A stretch of DNA of 20,000 nt from an uncultured virus (IMG/VR IMGVR_UViG_3300032282_003852) (lineage: Duplodnaviria; Heunggongvirae; Uroviricota; Caudoviricetes): the IMG/VR virus record IMGVR_UViG_3300032282_003852, one strand, 5' to 3'. How positions within the stretch are numbered: position 1 is the first letter of the stretch; every line of letters starts with the position of its first letter. This document shows, one piece after another, positions 9,033-15,593 of this stretch. The translations under genes were made by a program, and so were the position numbers. The notes below the pieces were generated by a model. It saw nothing but the letters and a program-made list of their open reading frames with translations. It did not search any database and had not been told where the DNA came from.

Positions 9033-12000
9033 TCAGGAAAGAATGTCGGTGATCATTGAGCCAGAACCGATAAGACCGGTTGCACCAAGACCAACCAGGT
9101 TAACTACACGCTCGACGGTGATCTCAGCACGAACCACACGGCGCTCACGCACATAATACTCAGGACGCACGGAAGGAGTTCCAGTGAGTTGATCAAATGT
9201 GTTATCGTAAAAGTTCTTTATCTTTTACATCTTCCTATTTCTAGGAAGTTCAGACTATATCTTCTTCCCTAAATTCTTTTATAAACCTCTGAAGAGTTTT
9301 ACACCTGTACTTGTTCTTTTTAGTTCCTAGACCCAAGAGTTGGCCTAGTGCTATGTCCCCTGGTTTGCCGTTATCAATCCAGATAGCCCTTATGTCATCC
9401 TTTATGGATTCCAAGTCTTTTCTGGAGTTTGGGTGGTTGGCCCCTCTGAGCAGTTTTTCGGATGATAATCTCGATTGAGAAATCCTCCTCTTTCTGTCCT
9501 CTGATAAAGGGACTCCCTTTAAGGCTTGAGCAATCTTCTGGTTATGGGACTTGGATCTAACATAGTTGGATCTTAGGTAATCATAATCCCGGCTCTTACC
9601 TGAACTGCTCATTCTAAAGATGGCGTAGTATAAACCTTCATGTTCTGGGAACATTTTGTTTAGAAGCCGGTGCAGAATGTAGTGCTGTCTAAGGGTTGGG
9701 TAGCACAAGTTGTCCTTACTGGTTGGGTGTCCACCCATACACTTAGGGACAATGTGGTGTTCTTCAGTTTTATAGGTTCTTGGTTTGTTTGAAGGTATTA
9801 CGGAGATTAGATCCCAGTAAACCCTTTCGTATTTGTTTCTATAAAAGCATTTAAGGAGTGGGGCACTCGTGGACGAGTTATTGTTGTCGATACTCATCGT
9901 CTAGTCGTTGAACCTTTTTACTACTACCCCTCTATTATAGGAGGGAAGTTCGACGTAGTAAACTTGGCTGCTGATTACCTTGTGTTTCGTTTTGCGAAAC
10001 CGTCAGGCTTCCCAGCAATTCACCCCATTGACCTGCTGATCAGGCAGGTAATTTGACGTTACCGTCAAACCACGCATCTAACTCGTTGGAATGGAACGAT
10101 GTTATTAACATACGTGTATGCGAAAGCAGGAGTTGCGGCGTTAGCACCACCAGCAGGCATGATAGAATCAGAGGGACCGCTGGGGCTGTAGAACAGAAGG
10201 ATACCGTTGCTGGGGAACACCGGCTGGAGGGTACCATCGGCGGCCAGATAACGACCTTCGGCTACACGCAGACCACGCTCAAGACCGAAGTAGCGGGCAA
10301 GAACGTCGGTGTCGATAGAATCGGCACTGGTGTACTTGATACGCTCAAGGATCGCCTGGTTGGTCAGTAGTTGGTCGAACACTGCGGTTCCGAGAACAGC
10401 AGAGTTAGGACGGATACCGATTTGGTTAGCGACGGCACGCTTCATGGTGAGCACGTCCTCGATGGGGTTACCAGAGAGGGCGGACCAAGCAGCAGGACCG
10501 GCAGCAGTAGCGTAGGAATCCTTGAAAGCGGTCCAGGTCTCAAAGCCGAGACCGGTCTGTGAACCTAGGGTTGTATCCCAGGGCTCATATGGGTTGTAGG
10601 ATGCGGTGACGGTGACAGCTTGAGAAACGGTGTACTCATAGCTGTTCATTCAACTTGTTATCGCTAAGGCTTTTTATCCCTAGCCTCTCTATGTTTCCAC
10701 AGAGTTCAGACTATATCACATACCACAGTTACCAGTAGAAGTCAGGTACTGAACCGGGGTATTTGGGCGCTCGTGGGACTTTCTTCTGTTCTAGATTACT
10801 TGTCCTAGTCGTTGAACCTTCCTTCTATCCCTAGAAGGCTTGGCTGCTGATTGCCTTGCGTTTCGTTCCCGAAACCGTCAGGTTTCCCAGCAATTCACCC
10901 AATTTTCCATGTACTTAACATGGGGCCAATGTTTTTAGCCTCGACATCGCATTGCGGGTCTCAATAGCTCTGAGATCCACTTGTGCCGGACCTTCTCCGG
11001 CGTTCTCAATTCAATTATGTTACCACAAAGGCTCTTTATCCTTTGTATCTTCACATTTCTGTGAAGTTCAGACTATATCTTCACCCTCACTAGTGCCCCC
11101 AGACTTAGCTTTTGCTTTAGCTTCAGCTCTCATTTGGGTCATGTGGTTCCTGGCAGCTTCCCTATGGTCATGAGACCTTTTCTTGTCTGCCCAGTATCTA
11201 AGATTTGCTTCTCTTCTCTTTTGTTTCTCCTCTTCCGTCTATTTCCTGCCTCGGTTAGCCTCATGTGCCCGTCTGGAAGTCTCCTTAGGGAGACTTTTCC
11301 CTTTCTTGGACTCACTCAACTTCCTCCTCATGGACTCAGACTTTTTTCTACCTTTTTCGGCAGCCCCTGGGGACTTCCTAAAGGACTCTTGTTGAAGAGT
11401 AGTAACTAATATGGATAACCTAGGTTTATAACTAATAGACCCACCTTTTCCACTACCTTTACCAAAGATTGCTCTCCTAACATAACACCAGTGTTTAGGA
11501 TTGTTAGTTCCTTTGGCAAGCAGAACGTGGAAGATAAAGTGTTCTCTATGGGTTAACTTTACCAGGTTCTCGGGGTTATCATCTCCTCCATCACAAACTG
11601 GTATGATGTGGTGAATGTGAAACCCCCTCTCCTTTCTTAGTCTTCTATGTTTTCTAGAGTTGCAAAACTTATAGTACCACTTAAGCCACTTGTTAGGGTG
11701 TTGGGTGCTCGTGGACGAGTTATTGTTGTCGATACTCATCGTCTAGTCGTTGAACCTTCTTACCACAGTCACATGTATTATAGCAAGTGACTCGACTTGG
11801 TAAACTTGGCTGCTGATTGCCTTGTGTTTCAGGGAAGTCAGACCCGAAACCGTCAGGTTTCCCAGCAATTCACCCAATTTTTCCGTCAGCCTTTCGACTG
11901 AGGGAGGCTATTGATCTTAACCTCTTCCGGCAGTTCCCAAGCCACTACTTCTTGCTCAAGAGCATAAGGCTCTGAGTCGTAACGGCTCTGAACGAACGGG

Positions 12001-13422
12001 ATGTTGGTCCCGTATGCACGGCGGTAATCGTTAATAGCAAACTGCTCCTTCAATTATGTTATCGCAAAGGCTCTTTATCCTTTGCATCTTTGTATTTCTA
12101 CAAAGTTCAGACTATATCACCATCTTGTAAACAAGATGTGGGGCTCTCGTGTCAGCTTCATCACTGGTCTAGTGGTATGCTGTTAGTCGTTGAACCTTCC
12201 TTCTATCCCTAGAAGGCTTGGCTGCTGATTGCCTGTTTTGTGTAAGCAAAACTAAGGTTTTCCAGCAATTCACCCCATTTTTCATAACCCCTTACGAGGT
12301 TAAGCGGCATATGGAATACCGAAACGCAGGATGCGTCCTGCACGGGTCGGAGTGTCCACAACAGGTGCGATAAAGTTCGCAATGTTGGTGGACGGTAGCA
12401 TAAAACCTTGGGCAAGTGTTGTGAGGATAGGCAATTTGTTATCTTAAGGGCTCTTTATCCCTTAAATCTCTTTGTTCATTTCCAAAGAGTTCAGACTATA
12501 TCATCATCCTGGATTATAGCCTCTTATCCACCCGTCACCGGGAGAAACTTCACTTTTCCTCCTTTCTATAGAACCATCAGAGTTTCTTCTGGACCAGTAG
12601 ACTTTACCTTTGTTTTTGGATCCAGCCTTAGACATAGCAGGACTAATTTCCTTGCTTCTGCCTCTTGTCCATCCTTCCCCTGGAGACTCTAGACTTCTTT
12701 TGTTTTTTCCGTCTTTAGTCCACCACGGGAGCTTGCCTGTAGATTTACCGCCTTTTTTAGCTTGAGACTGCCCTTCGGAAGTATTCAAGAGGTAATTACT
12801 AACGGCAATACTATTGGCTTCTCTGTGTTCTTTCGATATCTTCTTCCCTTTGTGGATCTTGCTGATCTTATCCCTAGTTTCCTGGCTAGTGTCTCCTTTT
12901 CTTCTCGTAGAAAGGGCTTCTCTACATAGAAGTCTAAGTTCTTCGTACTCTTCAGGGGTCATTTCTTCCCCATTCAAGTGACTCATAAACCACAAGGCTG
13001 ACCTTAGTTTGGAATACTCTGGAAAAGTTTCAACTAAGAACTGATGGGCTATTAGATGTTCAGATGGTGTTAAGTAGATAAGGTTTTCTTCTTCCTCTCC
13101 CCCTTCCATACACCTAGGGATAATGTGATGCCTTTCTGTATAAAAGGGCGGTTTCACTCTCCTTTCGGGTAGGAGGCTTTTCAGGAAGAAATAGTAATCC
13201 GAGGAGCTGGGCACTCGTGTAGGAATTATTCCGGGGTTGGTCATCCTTTAGTCGTTGAACCTTTTTACTCTACCCCTATTATAGCAACAGGGGACCCAAA
13301 GTAAACTCGGCTGCTAATTGGCTTCTCAGCGTTTCAGCAATTCACCCAGTTTTCGATCTTCATTTCTGAAGAAAGGGACCATTTTAATCCACACCTGCGT
13401 AGGTTTGTTGTAGATTCATCAT
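9033..13422 (-). CDS. Major capsid protein; spliced gene of 6 exons: 13422-13387, 12431-12318, 12050-11920, 11011-10937, 10650-10112, 9193-9033 (1056 nt, 351 aa)
   Basis: Joined exons read MMNLQQTYAGVD/PILTTLAQGFMLPSTNIANFIAPVVDTPTRAGRILRFG/KEQFAINDYRRAYGTNIPFVQSRYDSEPYALEQEVVAWELPEEV/IENAGEGPAQVDLRAIETRNAMSRL/MNSYEY...GIRPNSAVLG...ILERIKY...TPAFAYTY/QLTGTPSVRPEYYVRERRVVRAEITVERVVNLVGLGATGLIGSGSMITDILS* with no frameshift or stop. The motifs VDPILT.LAQG, G.I..FGKE.F, G.RPN..VLG and P.F.YTYQL match a known phage major-capsid family (recognised from memory). Confidence 0.9.
9250..9897 (-). CDS. Intron-encoded HNH homing endonuclease with NUMOD3-like DNA-binding motif
   Basis: EEHHIVPKCMGG...DNL...TLRQHYILHRLL HNH motif; KGVPLSEDRKRRISQS NUMOD3-like; inside intron 5. 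Confidence 0.9.
   Translation of the reverse strand: MSIDNNNSSTSAPLLKCFYRNKYERVYWDLISVIPSNKPRTYKTEEHHIVPKCMGGHPTSKDNLCYPTLRQHYILHRLLNKMFPEHEGLYYAIFRMSSSGKSRDYDYLRSNYVRSKSHNQKIAQALKGVPLSEDRKRRISQSRLSSEKLLRGANHPNSRKDLESIKDDIRAIWIDNGKPGDIALGQLLGLGTKKNKYRCKTLQRFIKEFREEDIV
9934..9962 (-). promoter_or_regulatory. Sigma70-like promoter inside intron 5, upstream of the HNH ORF
   Basis: TTTACT-17 nt-TATAAT. Confidence 0.7.
10651..10936 (-). mobile_element. Group I intron 4 of the capsid gene (286 nt), ORF-less
   Basis: Core elements present; P1 GGCU|AA with UUGGCC; P10 CAUU with 3'-exon AAUG; terminal G at 10651. Confidence 0.93.
11068..11739 (-). pseudogene. Intron-encoded HNH/NUMOD3 homing endonuclease with an in-frame TAG at 11241-11239
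   Basis: HIHHIIPVCDGGDDNPENLVKLTHREHFIFH HNH motif. The frame continues past TAG for 56 codons (RGRK*TEEEKQKRREA...GEDIV*) and ends at the same EDIV-TGA as the intron-5 enzyme. Confidence 0.8.
11777..11804 (-). promoter_or_regulatory. Sigma70-like (extended -10) promoter inside intron 3
   Basis: TTTACC-16 nt-TATAAT, with TGC directly before TATAAT. Confidence 0.7.
12051..12317 (-). mobile_element. Group I intron 2 of the capsid gene (267 nt), ORF-less
   Basis: Same core elements; P1 CGGU|AU pairs with AUGCCG (U.G at the splice site); ends ...ACATAATTG; removal restores RFG/KEQF. Confidence 0.93.
12504..13244 (-). CDS. Intron-encoded HNH homing endonuclease with NUMOD3-like motifs and two C-terminal W..G repeats
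   Basis: ERHHIIPRCMEGGEEEENLIYLTPSEHLIAH; KGDTSQETRDKISKIHKGKKISKEH; repeats GKLPWWT...SPGEGWTRG / GKVYWS...SPGDGWIRG; inside intron 1. Confidence 0.9.
   Translation of the reverse strand: MTNPGIIPTRVPSSSDYYFFLKSLLPERRVKPPFYTERHHIIPRCMEGGEEEENLIYLTPSEHLIAHQFLVETFPEYSKLRSALWFMSHLNGEEMTPEEYEELRLLCREALSTRRKGDTSQETRDKISKIHKGKKISKEHREANSIAVSNYLLNTSEGQSQAKKGGKSTGKLPWWTKDGKNKRSLESPGEGWTRGRSKEISPAMSKAGSKNKGKVYWSRRNSDGSIERRKSEVSPGDGWIRGYNPG
13278..13305 (-). promoter_or_regulatory. Sigma70-like (extended -10) promoter inside intron 1
   Basis: TTTACT-16 nt-TATAAT, with TGC directly before TATAAT. Confidence 0.7.
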
Positions 13423-13524
13423 AATTGATGTACCACTTATGTTGGGTTGACTTCAAAGGCTACTTTCGTAACCTGACCCCCTTGAGCTTACATTCTTAGG
13501 AGTCAATCGGATTTATACCCAACT

Positions 13525-14118
13525 TCACTTCGCCTTGCGCAGTTCATCCAAACAAGCAGTAATTCCATCCATCTTTCTCTCCCATTCCTCCTGTGCCTTC
13601 TTTTGATTCTGTTCATGCAGCACCATGGAGTCCACAATCACCTGAGGGTTCTGAGTTCCGTAGAAATCATCCACAACGACCGGATAGCACTTATCACAAG
13701 ATGCAGGTTCTACCTCCTCTCTCCCCAGGTACTCGCTTGTTGAAAAGCTATAAGTCTTTCCCTCATACTCCTTTTCCTTAGTTTTGTAAACGTCCCGGAA
13801 CCATTTCACTGAGAACGATCCATCGTCATAGACATGGTATCCGATAAAGTGGAGCAGGGGGCCGAAGACATCCGTATCCTGAGGAATGATTTCCCTAAAC
13901 ATGTGGTGTTTCCAGTGCCTCGTTTCACCAGACTTAGTCTCCCACTCCAGGTACTTGGAAACGAAAGCTAGAACACTGTCTAGGTGATACTCCCTAAAGT
14001 ATGGGTTAGGGCCGTTCTTCCACTCGTTTAACCTATCTTTAAAACACCTGTGATTATCTTCAAGTTCCTTCACTATGTCGTGATGAACGCTGTCAATCAC
14101 TCCGAATAGATCATCCAT
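13525..14118 (-). CDS. Hypothetical protein
   Basis: 197-aa ORF overlapping the end of the upstream MTase gene, with GAGGTG SD; no recognised motif. Confidence 0.75.
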   Translation of the reverse strand: MDDLFGVIDSVHHDIVKELEDNHRCFKDRLNEWKNGPNPYFREYHLDSVLAFVSKYLEWETKSGETRHWKHHMFREIIPQDTDVFGPLLHFIGYHVYDDGSFSVKWFRDVYKTKEKEYEGKTYSFSTSEYLGREEVEPASCDKCYPVVVDDFYGTQNPQVIVDSMVLHEQNQKKAQEEWERKMDGITACLDELRKAK

Positions 14119-14926
14119 TCCCGCTCACCTCTCTCTCATGGTTCATAATCCTTGCCTTAGCTAGCTCAAAATACTCCTTATTTTTCTCAATTCCTATAAA
14201 GTTCCTGCCGGTATTGATGCAGGCGACACCTGTAGAACCAGAACCCATGCAGTTATCCAAAACCACCTCACCTTCAGAAGTGTACGTCTTGATTAGATAC
14301 TCAAGTAGGGGGACAGGTTTCTGGGTTGGGAATATGCGTTCCTTCCCAAATGGCACGTCGTAGCTCAGGATGGAGATGGGGTAGTTAGTTCCTGCAACTT
14401 CGTACTCACCCGCCTTCAAGGCATTGTATCTGAACGTCCCTTCTTTCCTAATGTCGTTCTTCCTAAACCGCTTCTTCTTCTCCCAGCATACCCCTTGAGG
14501 GTTGTATCTAAGGGGGGTAGATGCCCCGGTATTCACCCCAGCATGGCTGAATACAACAATGTCCTCATGAACTTTGAGGGGTTGAAACTTAACCGCAACA
14601 TGATTAGCAGCCTTGTTCTTCTCCCAAACCCAAGTGTATTTATACATCGCCAGGTTAGATGCAACCAAGACAGATGTGAAGGGTTGGGCACCGAATAGCA
14701 CAATTGCCCCATCTGGCTTGATGATCCGGCGATAATGATTCCATAGCGACCCCAGGTCGATAACCGACTCATTACGCATCTGGTTCCCATTCTTGAGGAC
14801 CGTATCAAAATCTGCGTAGGTTGTTCCGTAAGGTAAATCGCAGAGGACCATGTCAACTGAACCATCCGCTATCCCTCCCATCTTGTCGAGACAATCTCCT
14901 TGAAGCAAGTCTATCCCTTCGCTCAT
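14111..14926 (-). CDS. DNA amino-methyltransferase (N6A/N4C, beta class), orphan
   Basis: Motif IV CDLPY, FPTQKP, then motif I VVLDNCMGSGSTG and FIGIE, i.e. beta order; no adjacent restriction gene is evident. Confidence 0.93.
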   Translation of the reverse strand: MSEGIDLLQGDCLDKMGGIADGSVDMVLCDLPYGTTYADFDTVLKNGNQMRNESVIDLGSLWNHYRRIIKPDGAIVLFGAQPFTSVLVASNLAMYKYTWVWEKNKAANHVAVKFQPLKVHEDIVVFSHAGVNTGASTPLRYNPQGVCWEKKKRFRKNDIRKEGTFRYNALKAGEYEVAGTNYPISILSYDVPFGKERIFPTQKPVPLLEYLIKTYTSEGEVVLDNCMGSGSTGVACINTGRNFIGIEKNKEYFELAKARIMNHEREVSGNG

Positions 14927-14948
14927 AGGTGCATTAGTGTTACACCTT

Positions 14949-14976
14949 ATTGTAGGAGGGGGGTGCCCTCAGTAAA
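14949..14976 (-). promoter_or_regulatory. Sigma70-like promoter for the MTase gene
   Basis: TTTACT-16 nt-TACAAT ending 22 nt before the ATG; same -35 variant as the intron promoters. Confidence 0.55.
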
Positions 14977-15027
14977 CCCGTGCCCCAAGCATCTTAGGCT
15001 TCCCTAAATAATGTAGCTACTCGGGGA

Positions 15028-15243
15028 TTACGCAAGGGCATGGCGCTTCATCAGTAGGCCGGTGGCCGTGCGGACGGGGCCAGTCAGGTAGTCCAGCAGG
15101 CTTTCGGCATCAGGGTCAGTGACCTCTTCCAGGGCCTCAGCCGGGGTGATGCCGTAGTGGTCAGCAATGTTACCCAGGACTTCTTTCCGGGTCTTGGCGT
15201 CAATTACTACCAGGAAGGTCTTGGTGACGGTGGCGTTGCTCAT
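15028..15243 (-). CDS. Hypothetical protein
   Basis: 71 aa, SD GAGGGAG, own extended -10 (TGCTACAAT, 15269-15277); GC-rich third codon positions. Confidence 0.75.
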   Translation of the reverse strand: MSNATVTKTFLVVIDAKTRKEVLGNIADHYGITPAEALEEVTDPDAESLLDYLTGPVRTATGLLMKRHALA

Positions 15244-15310
15244 GGCTCCCTCTCTCGTTGACCCCTATATTGTAGCACGTCCCCCCCCGTGTTGTACAGA
15301 GGAGGGGGAA

Positions 15311-15532
15311 TCAGACGACTACAACATCCTCAATCCGGGCGGAAGTAGCACAGCTCGTAGGATGGGGCTCAAAAGTCTTGCTCCACCGGCTCATCACCAA
15401 CGTGGCATCAATCCCTACAAAGCCGTTCCTGACGTACTTAACGGTGCCAATCACCTGTTTGTAGGAGCTGTCCTGGCCCATGCGAGTGGCCTTCACCTTG
15501 GTTCCGACAGCGAAAGGGGCTTCGATGTTCAT
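15311..15532 (-). CDS. Hypothetical protein (small beta-rich, possibly SH3-like)
   Basis: 73 aa, preceded by extended -10 TGGTATAAT (15571-15579). Confidence 0.65.
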   Translation of the reverse strand: MNIEAPFAVGTKVKATRMGQDSSYKQVIGTVKYVRNGFVGIDATLVMSRWSKTFEPHPTSCATSARIEDVVVV

Positions 15533-15593
15533 GGTCTTGTGGCGGTGCGGCCTCAGCCGCTTACCTCCATATTATACCATGCCCCTTAACCCA

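Larger units (their letters stand above)
9194..10111 (-). mobile_element. Group I intron 5 of the capsid gene (918 nt), with HNH ORF
   Basis: Core elements present; P1 CACGU|AU with AUGCGUG across an enlarged L1; P10 GAGUU(A)GAU with 3'-exon AUCAACUC; terminal G at 9194. Confidence 0.93.
11012..11919 (-). mobile_element. Group I intron 3 of the capsid gene (908 nt), with interrupted HNH ORF
   Basis: Core elements present; P1 GAGGU|UA with UAGCCUC; P10 UCAAU with 3'-exon AUUGA; terminal G at 11012. Confidence 0.93.
12432..13386 (-). mobile_element. Group I intron 1 of the capsid gene (955 nt), with HNH ORF
   Basis: Core elements GGGTGAATTGCTG, AATTAGCAGCC, GGTTCAACGACTA, GATATAGTCTG; the 5' exon ends in U; P1 GGAU|U pairs with GGUCC; the intron ends ...ACAAATTG. 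Confidence 0.93.

Noticed and set aside
10065..10649. 194-aa ORF as a stand-alone gene
   Set aside because: It is capsid exon 5 plus 15 codons of read-through into intron 5.
11239..11241. TAG stop-codon reassignment (genetic code 15) as the explanation for the in-frame TAG; only one other called gene (15594) ends in TAG
   Set aside because: The long genes (952, 1031, 433 aa and the spliced capsid) have no internal TAG and no suppressor tRNA is seen here; a single nonsense mutation is simpler.
9194..13386. Recurrent 40-50 nt repeats read as a CRISPR array or insertion-sequence ends
   Set aside because: Spacing is irregular (hundreds of nt) and the repeats match conserved group I intron core elements; no cas or transposase genes are present.
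9194..13386. Inteins or group II introns as the interrupting elements
   Set aside because: The insertions contain in-frame stops and lack intein termini; there is no GUGYG 5' end or reverse transcriptase ORF; U|...G| boundaries with P1 and P7 pairings indicate group I.
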